In this document: positions 51,427 through 61,369 of the stretch, piece after piece
Position numbering within the stretch: the first letter of the stretch is position 1
How the letters are laid out: every line of letters begins with the position of its first letter
Assembly (NCBI GenBank): GCA_965195345.1
Contig: OZ239628.1
Coordinates: 800,001 to 864,000, forward strand
Source of the DNA: an uncultured Thiomicrospira sp.
GTDB taxonomy: Bacteria; Pseudomonadota; Gammaproteobacteria; CAKMZV01
Direction: 5' to 3'
DNA: 64,000 nt
Notes under the pieces: generated by a model
Databases searched by the model: none
Told to the model about the DNA's origin: nothing
The model's input: only the letters and a program-made list of their open reading frames with translations
Program-made: the position numbers and the translations under genes

Positions 51427-52136
51427 TGAAGAAATTGTTACTTGTTTTTTTTGCTTTATGTAGTATTTCGCTTCCTACTTTTGGGGATAAACATAGATAT
51501 TACTTTAGCTATATACCAGATAAGTCAATTCCTTACGATGTTATCCGATTTGACACCTTTGAACTGTATCAGACTTCAGTCGACGAAGTACCTGCTATTT
51601 GGGGCGGGGAGAAGTTTTCTGAGCCAAACGTGAGGAGAAAATCCCATGGTAGGTCTTATAGAGATAAAATCTACTGTTATTTTCAAAAGGATGAACAAGG
51701 AGGAACGGTGTGGACATATTTTGCGGCTGGAAAATTTACGGGTTATGATGAAATAAGTCGCGTAGTAATGACTACAAACAAAGAAAAAATAAAAGATTTA
51801 GAATGTATTGCGAGTAAGCACACTAATCTTCTTAAACCACAATCTGGTATTCAATTAGGGATGTCTTATCGTAAGGTGAAAGAGACTTTAGAAGGCTTGA
51901 ATCTTGAATTAGAGAAAGAGGACTCTTACTATGATGAGCAATATGTAGAAGGAGAGAGAGAAAAATTTCATTTTTATAAATCAGGGTTATATTTAAAGGC
52001 TCCAATAACGAATTCGTATGGAGCTACCTTCAATAGAATGGATTTTAGTATTGGTGTTTATGTTGATTTTAAAAATGGCATATTAGAAACTTTAGATACC
52101 AGTTCATATTTAGAACCGTATTGGGTGCCTGATTAA
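51426..52136 (+). CDS. Putative periplasmic immunity protein for the Tlde1-like toxin
   Basis: ATG overlaps the toxin stop (TGATG); Sec-like signal peptide MKKLLLVFFALCSISLPTFG. Confidence 0.6.
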   Translation: MKKLLLVFFALCSISLPTFGDKHRYYFSYIPDKSIPYDVIRFDTFELYQTSVDEVPAIWGGEKFSEPNVRRKSHGRSYRDKIYCYFQKDEQGGTVWTYFAAGKFTGYDEISRVVMTTNKEKIKDLECIASKHTNLLKPQSGIQLGMSYRKVKETLEGLNLELEKEDSYYDEQYVEGEREKFHFYKSGLYLKAPITNSYGATFNRMDFSIGVYVDFKNGILETLDTSSYLEPYWVPD

Positions 52137-52301
52137 GTATTTTTATTGCATATTATTATGAACAAACTTTGTGGATGTAGAGGGAAAGGAGATGGTTTGA
52201 TTGATTTTATCGGCATACTTAAAGCGAACTTTATATCCCTTTTTTACATGGGCTTTTAGCCATTCTTTTCTATTATGCCTCGATTGGTACTGTTAGTTAA
52301 A

Positions 52302-52402
52302 GCGGTTCATTTGCTAATGGTGCTCAAACGGCTGTGTACGTTCATTTTTTTAGCTCTGAAGCCATTAGGCATACAGAGGCAATAAAAGATGGAGCACGGT
52401 GA
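52302..52402 (+). pseudogene. Third RHS junction remnant (GSFANGAQTAVYVHFF) with internally deleted tip
   Basis: gcggttcatttgctaatggtgctcaaac matches the junction at ~49234 and ~51034; its stop overlaps the next GTG start. Confidence 0.65.
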
Positions 52403-52683
52403 GAATTTTACGTAAGCTTTTAAGCTATACCCTAATTTTTCTTAAGTACTTAAGTTTTACTCTAAGCGGTATATTTGTAATATTACTATTTTATTCTATA
52501 TTTTGGAATGTGTTTATTAGTATTGATGAAGAACAAGTTCGAAAAGATTTTTATAATAACTATGATACAAAGATAGAAATTTCATCCATACATTCTTCAG
52601 AAGATGATGATGAACATGTTTACATGGACATTAAATATCTTTCTCAAGGAAAAAAAAGAAAACAGCTTTTTTATATCGTCTAA
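52399..52683 (+). CDS. Putative membrane-anchored immunity protein, possibly truncated
   Basis: Start overlaps the remnant's stop; one N-terminal TM helix and an acidic soluble part. Confidence 0.45.
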   Translation: MRILRKLLSYTLIFLKYLSFTLSGIFVILLFYSIFWNVFISIDEEQVRKDFYNNYDTKIEISSIHSSEDDDEHVYMDIKYLSQGKKRKQLFYIV

Positions 52684-52812
52684 GTGATTTTAACACATGG
52701 TTTTTAACGCGGATGTATCCTGAAAGAGATCTACATCAACATCCATATCTACATCAACGTCCATATCAAAAAAAACATAAACATTAACACGACAGGCAGA
52801 ACGAATCTGTCA

Positions 52813-53118
52813 ATGAATGAAATCGCTAGCTACGGTATTAGACGGAGTGAAGGGTCTCTTTATCATATCTATAATGGAGAGTCAGGGAATCGAAAGTTTA
52901 TACACCCCAAAGGATATGAGACTGTGCTTGATGTTAATGGTAATATAGTGCGCTCCCCAAGTAATAGGAGTACTTTTAATTTTGGAGCTGACTGTGATAG
53001 TATCAGACATGTTATCTTGAGTGTGCTTCCATATTACATCTTGGGTAATTCTCCTGATGAACCGACTCCATTTCGAGATGGATTTTGTGGTGGAGAGAGA
53101 AGTTGTTGGGGTTGTTAA
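52813..53118 (+). pseudogene. Degenerate polymorphic-toxin C-terminal fragment
   Basis: YH...NRKFIHPKGYETVLDVNGNIV...STFNFG...RHVILSVLPYYILGNSPDEPT resembles, by recollection, tips seen on RHS proteins. Confidence 0.4.
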
Positions 53119-53182
53119 CTATGATTATAAGGTGTACTGTATACTAGTTCAAAATAGCAAAAAAATAGTTTTAGATGATTTT

Positions 53183-54232
53183 ATGGATAAAAACGCAAAC
53201 GTATTTAAAGTATTAAGCATAGATGGTGGTGGTATGCGAGGGTACTATAACGCTTTATATTTAGATGGGGTGAAGAAGCTAGCTAATTCTAAATTTAAAA
53301 ATACCAATTTTATCAACCAATTTGGCATGTTAGTAGGCACTAGCACAGGAGCAATTATTGCCTGTGGCTTAGCGAATTCAATGGATCCAAAAGAAATATC
53401 AAATCTCTACAAAGAACATGGTCAAAAAATATTCCCAAAAAAAGTGCCCACAAAGTGGTGGCAATTTTTACAATTTATTAATCGCGAATCAATTAATCAA
53501 AAAGGAAACATCGCTTTAAGGGCAGTGCTGAAAGAGGCCTTTAACGATAAAACAATCAAACAGATCTATGATGATACTAGAACAGCTTTGGTAATGCCCT
53601 CCATAAATGCCACAACCCATGAAGGATATATTTTTAAAACACCACACAATAATGATACTAACAACAGAGATGACAACATTGCTTTGGTTGATGCTTGTTT
53701 GGCTAGTTCCGCAGCACCAATTTATCGTTCTCTTGCTAGTATAAACAATGATTTATTTGTTGATGGAGGGTTGTATGCTAATAATCCTGTTTTGGTCGCA
53801 CTATCAGAGGCGTTGCGAATAACTAAAGGCACAAAGCAAAAAATTGAAATTTATTGTTTAGGCATGTCTCCTATTGCTGGCTCCACTGTTGATTGTAAAG
53901 TTCCAAACTGGGGTTTTAGAAAGTGGAAATTTGGTTCCAAAGCTGTAAATATGTCTATAGATTCTCAAGCCAGTGTATTTGATTATTTAGCGAAAGAGTT
54001 TAGCAATCATGTGGATAGAAAAATATCCATTGTACGTTTTCCTCAGGCAAATATTGCTCCAGAACACGCCAATTTTTTAGACTTAGATGATGCCTCTGAG
54101 AAATCACTAAACTTAATGCAAACTTTAGCAAATACCGCAATCGATAACACCAATCAATTAATCAGTGATGAAGCTAACCAAGATGGTAAGCTTATAAAAT
54201 CTTTATTAACTAATGATTCAAAAGGAAATTAA
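53183..54232 (+). CDS. Patatin-like phospholipase, CBASS CapV-like effector
   Basis: VLSIDGGGMRG, GTSTG nucleophile elbow, ASSAAPIY and VDGGLYANNP motifs. Start reassigned to ATG 53183 (MDKNANVFKVL); the ORF track's 53021 start overlaps the previous ORF. Confidence 0.82.
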   Translation: MDKNANVFKVLSIDGGGMRGYYNALYLDGVKKLANSKFKNTNFINQFGMLVGTSTGAIIACGLANSMDPKEISNLYKEHGQKIFPKKVPTKWWQFLQFINRESINQKGNIALRAVLKEAFNDKTIKQIYDDTRTALVMPSINATTHEGYIFKTPHNNDTNNRDDNIALVDACLASSAAPIYRSLASINNDLFVDGGLYANNPVLVALSEALRITKGTKQKIEIYCLGMSPIAGSTVDCKVPNWGFRKWKFGSKAVNMSIDSQASVFDYLAKEFSNHVDRKISIVRFPQANIAPEHANFLDLDDASEKSLNLMQTLANTAIDNTNQLISDEANQDGKLIKSLLTNDSKGN

Positions 54233-54237
54233 TACGG

Positions 54238-54480
54238 TTTCACTGTGATAAATACTTGAGGAGATATCATAATGAAAGTGTAAGTCATAACAAATGATCA
54301 AAGAAACGAAATGCGAAGCAAAAGAGAAGCTAATCGTAATAGACTAAAAATAAGACTGGGCGTTTCTATAGAAAAACATTAATCTCAAGGCTCATATGCT
54401 ATGTATACTATGGTGCAAGATAGTGAGAACGACTATGATATAGCGACGGAGTAATCTTTCTTAAAGAAGACCTCAAAGGA
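54238..54480 (+). pseudogene. Degraded CD-NTase (cGAS/DncV-like cyclic oligonucleotide synthase) N-terminus
   Basis: Across frameshifts and a stop it reads FHCDKYLRRYHNESVS/TNDQRNEMRSKREANRNRLK...*SQGSYAMYTMVQDSENDYDI/DGVIFLKEDLKG, carrying the QGS and DxD nucleotidyltransferase motifs. Not in the ORF track. Confidence 0.75.
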
Positions 54481-54729
54481 TTCATGCTCTGAGGTTTTTT
54501 CATTTGCAGGATAGGAGATTAGGAGTAATAGGTACAACAATAAAAAAGAAGGTTTAGGAGCTCTTTGCCTGGACGTTTCGACACCTCCCAAGACGCTCGA
54601 GAATGATGCATGAATCCTGTAGGATTTCAAGCGGAACATTCAATCGTTTTACTACCTTTTGTGTATGTCGATCAATCTCAATTTCGGTTCTAAATCAACA
54701 ATAGGGTGGACTGTATGGGAATACTGTGG

Positions 54730-54746
54730 TGGTGCCCCCTGTAGGA
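54730..54746. mobile_element. att core: 17-bp direct repeat of the tRNA-Ile2 3' end
   Basis: tggtgccccctgtagga is identical at 54730-54746 and 62645-62661. Confidence 0.88.
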
Positions 54747-55231
54747 TAAACTTGTTTTTAATAAATAATTGATAAACCTAATTTATTGCTTTAAATTGAT
54801 TCAAAATCTACCCGTTTATTACCCATGTTGCTAGCGATTTCTGTCAATAATTGCACATTAATTTCAAAAGATTAAGTAAAACAAGCGAACCATGTGTCGA
54901 TATTTGAGAGCTTCTTGGCTGGTTGGTGTCATTTTATATCTATGTAGAGGAAGTTTTAGTATATATTTTTAAAGTCATTATTATTAACCGTACAATTATT
55001 AAGTCAACCCTTTGGGATTGCGACGCGATCAATTAAATCTGAAACGCGTGTTCTTTGGACTTGGTATTGCAATTTCCCAATATAAGGAATATTTTAAAAA
55101 CCGGCGTTGGTCCACGAATGTAATATTGAGAGGGTAGAAAACATTAAAATCCTCCGCTCTTAAAAATTCAATCAAATTTTAATCAAGCGTATCTTTTATA
55201 AATCTGTAAATACCACAATTTGTCTTTCGAT

Positions 55232-55600
55232 TTACTTAAGGGATCGTAGATGATGCGCTAGTTCTGCTTCTTTCATTGTACCTTGAGCAACTTTGATGAT
55301 GATTTGTCCTAATTTTTGCACATCAAATTGTAGATTAATTCCATTCCTACGCAAAGTTGTGTCCATTGCGATAACCGCAGTTCTTTTGTTGGCATCATTA
55401 AAAACATGACCAACAGCTATGACTACTGCATAGGTCGCTGCCAAATGATATTCGTCATCAATAAACCCATAATTGATACGATTTTCAACACGAAAAATTA
55501 TTGTTTCCAGTGATTTATTTTTAGCGAGCCCTTGCAGTTCTTGTGAGTCAATCACTTTTTCGTGGATATTAAAGATATCCTCACTGCTCAGCAGTTCCAT
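55232..55600 (-). CDS. doc: Doc/Fic-family type II toxin
   Basis: GHVFNDANKRTA Doc-type Fic motif; 122 aa; directly downstream of the antitoxin. Confidence 0.85.
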   Translation of the reverse strand: MELLSSEDIFNIHEKVIDSQELQGLAKNKSLETIIFRVENRINYGFIDDEYHLAATYAVVIAVGHVFNDANKRTAVIAMDTTLRRNGINLQFDVQKLGQIIIKVAQGTMKEAELAHHLRSLK

Positions 55601-55601
55601 A

Positions 55602-55850
55602 CTACTTGTCTTTTAGATAGTCAATTAATTCTTGGTTTTGCTCAATAGATTGATCAACAGTTTTTTGCACTTCAGTACTGTCGGCGTATTCAAACTGTAC
55701 GTCATCTACCGCTGATTTTGGCACAAAATAGCCAACAACACTGCTACGATTTAGCACAGCTACTGGTGAATCTCCTGCCCCAGCGAGTACTTTTGCAGGA
55801 TCTCTAAGTTCGGTTAACGTTACTGTTTTATTTGCTAGAATTCTTTCCAT
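55602..55850 (-). CDS. Phd/YefM-like antitoxin
   Basis: TVTLTELRDPAKVL...PVAVLNRSSVVGYFVP Phd-fold signature; 1 bp from the doc start. Confidence 0.78.
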   Translation of the reverse strand: MERILANKTVTLTELRDPAKVLAGAGDSPVAVLNRSSVVGYFVPKSAVDDVQFEYADSTEVQKTVDQSIEQNQELIDYLKDK

Positions 55851-56137
55851 TTTTCCGCTCCTACAATCACATTAAAATATACACTTATGTGTACATTATA
55901 TATACATTATATGTTATTTTATCCTTTTCAGTACAACACACCGTAATACTTACACAAAGGGGTACCTTACAAGAGCGTAACAGTTGGCTTGGATGTTTTT
56001 TGCACGTTTAAGTCGTACAGTTCTATAACCGTTTCTATATTAGAGAAGCGTTAACGGGTTATTCTCCAAATGGGACGCAAATAAGCTTCACTACAAAAGG
56101 AGGTAATGGTAGTGATGTAATTCTGGGACATACTGAT

Positions 56138-56389
56138 ATGGAAGCTTTCGCAGGATTTCCTAATACCGCTCAACCAAGATATTGGAGTAGTTTTAACGCA
56201 TCATGCCATGGATGTCATGCAACTGCAGCAATTCAGAGTCCTGAATATTTTCCACAGCTTGGTAGTAATAGGGTGAAAAAGCTTAAGTTCTTTCCTTTTA
56301 CAGTACTTTCAGGGAAACTTTCACCACAATACAATGGTTCATCTGGGAATGGTCCTCAACAATGGCTAAGCGTATTTCATTTACTCTAA
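56138..56389 (+). pseudogene. Fragment with a c-type heme-binding motif
   Basis: SCHGCH (CxxCH) with no signal peptide; surrounded by gene debris. Confidence 0.3.
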
Positions 56390-56634
56390 TTGGTCATCCT
56401 GCCAAAACTTACTTTTTACCATCTGAAGTAAATACAAATGTTGCCTATGCAGAAGAAAGAAGAGTGTTTTATGTAGCGCTGACAAGAGCCAAGCGTCAAG
56501 TCTATATGGTAGGTAAAGAGATGGATGTCTCACCTTTTGTGACTGAGCTTTTAGGAGAACGTACTGACGGTTTATCCAATGCAAAATATCACGCTCAAAT
56601 CCTAAATAGTGAAGATAATCCCACTGACTTTTAA
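56362..56634 (+). pseudogene. C-terminal fragment of a UvrD/HelD-like SF1 helicase
   Basis: AEERRVFYVALTRAK (motif VI) followed by SPFVTEL; the rest of the gene is missing. Confidence 0.75.
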
Positions 56635-56935
56635 GTATCTCTTTTTCGGATAAAATAAAAAAACATGAGGTGACCATCTCAGCCTATAAAGCATTAAGAA
56701 ATATTTTTGAATCATTATATTTGCATCGAATAACCAAATATATTGTATGATATTTGTCTTGATTACCTCTATGCTTAGTAGTTGCCGTATCCGATACGAA
56801 GAATTTTGTGTGTTTTGATATATTAGTCTCGACGACGGCAAAACTGACGCGCATGCGACGGCTCACTTTAATCGTTATAGAGCATTTAGATTCAGTTCTA
56901 TTATTTTATAAGAGTTATATCCGCACAGAGAAATT

Positions 56936-59900
56936 ATGGGAAAACTAAATCAAATTAAACTCAAATTGTTGGCAATGGAAGGGGGTAAGTTCCACCGATT
57001 ATGTGATGATTGGCTACGCCAGAAAGGATATAGAAACATCAAATCTATTGGTATGATGGCTACGACGGATCGTGTTATCAAAGGCACTCCCGACAGTTTA
57101 TTTACCCAGCCAAATGGCAACTATGTGTTTGCTGAGTATTCGGTACAAAATAGAGGGCTTGCTAATAAACTGAAAGCTGACATATCCAAATGTTTTGATG
57201 AAAATAAGACTGGCATCTCAAATGAACAGATTGACAAAATAATAATCTGTTATCTGGGAGAACTTTCAACTCATGAAATTAGAAAATTAAGAGACAGTTG
57301 CAACGATAGAGGGACTTCGTTGAGCTTAAAAGGCTTGGATGAGCTAGCTCACAGTATTCAAAATGACTATCCTATTCTTTCAGAGAGACACCTTGATCTG
57401 CCACTGGATACTGGTCAACTATTGCCGGTTGACGACTTTATTATCCAATACGAGAAAAATAGGTTAACACCACCAATCAAAAACGACATATTGTTTCAAG
57501 AGGATGCGTTAAAAAAAGCTACTTCAGAGTTAAATTCCGCTAATTTTTTGCTTGTATCAGGTGCTGCAGGTGTTGGAAAAACCTTGTTTTCGGTGAATCT
57601 ATTGAAAGAAATGCAACTCCAAAATGAAAATTTAATTGTATTATGTCTTTTTGACAAAAACTTAGATTTATTTCAAGATGCTATGACCCATTTTAGTGAT
57701 CCAGGCGATTATTTGCTTTTCATTGATGATGCAAATAGGTTAAACAATCGGGTTGATTATCTACTGGATTACCTTCATCAAAATGATAGCAGTAGAACTT
57801 TTCGTATTGTTGCAACTGTTCGAGACTATGTACGTAAGTGGTTAATGGAAAAAGTAAATCAGTTCACAGAAATACGTGAACTATTCATCGAACCCCTTTC
57901 AGATAATCAAATTAAAGAACTCACGGGCACCCTATTTGGTATTAAAAATTTTGAAGCCCAAAATCGGATTGAAGAGATAGCGCTTGGAAACCCTAGGCTA
58001 GCAGTAATGGCTTCTGAAAAGTTCATAGAAGAAAATCAAATAGACTCAATTCAAAATGTCGCTTCTCTCTTTGATGAGTATTTTCGTGACAACGTTCACG
58101 TTAAAGATATTATTGAAGATGAAAAATTAATGACTGCTGCTTGTGCCGTTTCTTTTTTTAGAAAAGTTGATAAGTCAAATAAAGTGCAAATGCAGTGTAT
58201 TCATGACTCATTTGGTATTCAGCCTGAAGAGTTTTGGGAGTTAATTCGTTCTTTACACAATAATGAGGTAGTAGATTTTTATGAAAACGAAGTAGTAAAA
58301 ATATCTGATCAGAGTCTATCAACCTATCTATTTTATATCTCTGTCTTCAAAAAGAGAGTAGTATCACTTTCTGTGATTTTAAATGACTTTTACCCTGATT
58401 TTACACAAACGATTGTTGACTCTTTATATCCGGTACTTAGTTCATTTGATCAATATAGAATTGTCTCTGAAATAAGGAATGAAGTAAGAACCATTTTTAG
58501 AGAATTATCCAACGATAACGATGAGTCAATTGAATTTCTAAATACATTTTGGTTTGCATTACCAACAGAAGCACTGTCATTTGCTGACAGAGTTATTTCA
58601 CAAATTCCAGTAATTGAAATAGATTGGAGTCATGAATCCTTTGATTCGGCGAATCATGATCCAGAGAAATCTTCATTAGTAGAATTGTTGGGTAAATTTA
58701 GGTACTATGATGAAGAAAAATTCAAAAAATCATTTGACCTATTACTCAATTATCTAGAGAAAGATAGAGCTTCGTTAGAGTTTGTCGTTCGAAACCTTAC
58801 GGAATATTACAATATCAAAACAAGTGATTTGCGTAATGGTTATGTTATACAAAAATATATTGTAGGAAAACTTATTGAAAAAATGGATGAGGGTAGAAGC
58901 TACCTTTTTACCAGACTATTTATATTAGTAGCGAAGGATTTTCTCAAAACAAAGCTCAGAGATCACCCAAGGTTACGTGGAGAAAAGATGTACTTTGTAA
59001 ATTTCTCCCTAGTGCCCGATAACTACCTATTACCGTTAAGAGAAAAATTGATAATAAACTTATCCGATCTAATGAAAAAAAATGAGTACAAAGTTTATAT
59101 TATAGAACTGCTTAGGGGGTATGTGGATATGGTTATGCATGAGGAAAAGGAAATAGTAGAAGCTGACCTACCATTTTTTATAGACCATCTTGTCGTTGTT
59201 TTAGATCGAAATGATGTTTCACACTGCTTAATCATGCAAGATTATTGTGAGAATCTTGAATCTTTGCAGTTACATTTTCCAATTGGATGGAAAAAAGAGT
59301 TTTTAAACGACACTCTTACATTACCCAATTTGCTTCTTGGAAAGAGACACGAGCAGCGAATGTTTGAGATGTCCCACGAAGAGTACAATCAATATCGACA
59401 TGAAAGTATTGTTGATTATTTTTCAAATATTCCAACAAACGTTTTTATTGACTTTATTGATAGGTGCAAAGTATTGCATGAGGTTTTATCTGGTTGGAAT
59501 GATCACTCACTAAAACAGGGATTGGAAAAGTGCTTTAGGGCAATGGCTGAGGTTGAACCTGAAATGTATCCGGAATTAGTATCAAGATACCTTGAGTATG
59601 ATTGCTATTTTAAAATTAGCCCTTATGCCATAGTTAGTGATTTATTTAATGTTATTCCAAGCAATGAAGTTTTGTTCTTATTGAAAAAAACGAATTATAA
59701 GCGAAAAAATTTATGGATATCCGCTTATTTTGTACAATTTCCTGAAGAATCTATTACTAAGCATGATTCAGATTTTCTAATAGAGCATACTTCTAACACG
59801 CTGAGTAATGAGTTGTTTGAAGATTTAGATTTCTTGGACAGGTATAAGCGTGTTGACACTGATATTTATAGTAAAGTTGTTAGTATATTGGTACGTAAAT

Positions 59901-60688
59901 GTAAGGAAGATGGAAAATATGCACGGCCGTTAGTTAACTTTATTAGAATTCACCCAACCATATTTGGGGAATGGTTTAACGAATCCTTGTCAGATAAAGA
60001 ATTAGTTTTTGATGCGTACATTGCAGCGATCAGTTTATATAGTGGTTTAGATTCCTCTGGAGAAGCATTGAGATTGCTAACGGAAAGAAATTTTGAATTT
60101 CTATTCAGGGTGATTGACCAAGTATACGAGGAAGATAATTCACTCGACTTGAATACCCATATGCCAAAGTTAAATTATTTATGGGAGCGTGACTCTTATA
60201 TTGAAGATATAGAGTCTTACGGGAAGTATCTCATGAAAAAGAATCAGAGTTCTTTTAGAAGAAGCATATTTAGTAACCTATTCATTCAGAAAAGCGGAAA
60301 ACTTAATCCAGAGGAGCTAACTGATAAAAAGAAGCTCTTCTTCATTAGGTCAATTCAAGACAATGCGACTGATATAAATTATATGTGTTTTATCTTCCAA
60401 ACAGTTCAACTTTTGGGTAAAGATTTTATACGAGAATTCCTTGAATCATTTATTAAAAAAAATGTTGATTTAAATAATTTCAAGACTTTGGTTGACCAAT
60501 TAACCAAGAATACCTGGTGCGGAAGTCGCGTTCCTATATTTGAGAAAGAAAAAAAAATCCTAGAGAGTCTTTTACCGATCTTTACGGGTATTGAACTTCT
60601 TGGACATGAGGGATATGTGGAAAGACAGATAGAAGCTAAGACTGAGTCAATAGAACGCGAAAAGAAAAGAGATTTCTTGGAAAGCTGA
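56936..60688 (+). CDS. Restriction-endonuclease-like domain + STAND-like P-loop NTPase + long helical region (Avs-like putative anti-phage protein)
   Basis: N-terminal F..LC...GTPDSLF...VFAEYS (degenerate PD-(D/E)xK); Walker A GAAGVGKT; Walker B LLFIDD; VATVR and GNPRL (GxP) STAND-like motifs; ~850-aa helical tail; island location. Confidence 0.65.
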   Translation: MGKLNQIKLKLLAMEGGKFHRLCDDWLRQKGYRNIKSIGMMATTDRVIKGTPDSLFTQPNGNYVFAEYSVQNRGLANKLKADISKCFDENKTGISNEQIDKIIICYLGELSTHEIRKLRDSCNDRGTSLSLKGLDELAHSIQNDYPILSERHLDLPLDTGQLLPVDDFIIQYEKNRLTPPIKNDILFQEDALKKATSELNSANFLLVSGAAGVGKTLFSVNLLKEMQLQNENLIVLCLFDKNLDLFQDAMTHFSDPGDYLLFIDDANRLNNRVDYLLDYLHQNDSSRTFRIVATVRDYVRKWLMEKVNQFTEIRELFIEPLSDNQIKELTGTLFGIKNFEAQNRIEEIALGNPRLAVMASEKFIEENQIDSIQNVASLFDEYFRDNVHVKDIIEDEKLMTAACAVSFFRKVDKSNKVQMQCIHDSFGIQPEEFWELIRSLHNNEVVDFYENEVVKISDQSLSTYLFYISVFKKRVVSLSVILNDFYPDFTQTIVDSLYPVLSSFDQYRIVSEIRNEVRTIFRELSNDNDESIEFLNTFWFALPTEALSFADRVISQIPVIEIDWSHESFDSANHDPEKSSLVELLGKFRYYDEEKFKKSFDLLLNYLEKDRASLEFVVRNLTEYYNIKTSDLRNGYVIQKYIVGKLIEKMDEGRSYLFTRLFILVAKDFLKTKLRDHPRLRGEKMYFVNFSLVPDNYLLPLREKLIINLSDLMKKNEYKVYIIELLRGYVDMVMHEEKEIVEADLPFFIDHLVVVLDRNDVSHCLIMQDYCENLESLQLHFPIGWKKEFLNDTLTLPNLLLGKRHEQRMFEMSHEEYNQYRHESIVDYFSNIPTNVFIDFIDRCKVLHEVLSGWNDHSLKQGLEKCFRAMAEVEPEMYPELVSRYLEYDCYFKISPYAIVSDLFNVIPSNEVLFLLKKTNYKRKNLWISAYFVQFPEESITKHDSDFLIEHTSNTLSNELFEDLDFLDRYKRVDTDIYSKVVSILVRKCKEDGKYARPLVNFIRIHPTIFGEWFNESLSDKELVFDAYIAAISLYSGLDSSGEALRLLTERNFEFLFRVIDQVYEEDNSLDLNTHMPKLNYLWERDSYIEDIESYGKYLMKKNQSSFRRSIFSNLFIQKSGKLNPEELTDKKKLFFIRSIQDNATDINYMCFIFQTVQLLGKDFIREFLESFIKKNVDLNNFKTLVDQLTKNTWCGSRVPIFEKEKKILESLLPIFTGIELLGHEGYVERQIEAKTESIEREKKRDFLES

Positions 60689-61006
60689 ATACTTTGAACA
60701 GTAGTGTTAGTATACTACCCTATGACAAATTGCCAAACATGGAAGAATACTTGTTTAGCTCTTAATTATTCTGCTGAATAAAGCGTTATATTCCAAATTA
60801 GAAGTCTTTATGTCATTAAATGCCTATTCCTGCGATGGCAAAAAACATGATGGCTTGTAAGAGGTGGGCATCCATATGCATTATTATGTGTAGCGTTTAC
60901 CTCTTAGTTAAATGTTTTTTTAAGGTGCTTAGCTCAAGAATTTTATTAGAGAATAAAATCCTTTTATAGAGGCACTATCAGTTAATATTCCCCTCTACTA
61001 AGAAAT

Positions 61007-61369
61007 ATGAAATATTACTTCTTAGTTATAGTTAGTTTTCTCCCATCCATTTCCTTTGCGAACGGTTTCTTTATTGGTGGTGCTTGGGAGGTCTATACAA
61101 ACGGTGCTGGATTAATCTTAGCGGATGTTTTTGAGGCGATCGTACTCATATCAAACGATCAATCTTTAAAAGCGATTTTTGGCTCTGCAATGATCCTCTC
61201 TATTGCTCTTGGTGCTTATCGTTTCTTTCAAGATCAAAAAATAGAAAACATCATCTCACCAATGGTGATCGCACCATTAATCGTTGTGTTCTTCTTCACC
61301 AATCATACAAAAGTGAGTGTGATTGATTTTAATGATGTCTCAAATAACGGTAATACCACCATTGCATAA
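61007..61369 (+). pseudogene. Truncated TraG_N-like (F-type mating-pair stabilisation) N-terminus
   Basis: WEVYTNGAGLILADVFEAIV followed by two TM helices and VSVID resembles TraG N-termini; it stops where the convergent integrase ends. Confidence 0.5.

Noticed and set aside
53021-53182. N-terminal 54-aa extension of the patatin in the ORF track
   Set aside because: It overlaps the upstream toxin fragment; the patatin fold begins right after the ATG at 53183.
56381-56866. Small minus-strand ORFs 56381-56677, 56602-56841, 56684-56866 (and 54433-54639)
   Set aside because: Overlapping, motif-free ORFs in degraded DNA, probably spurious.
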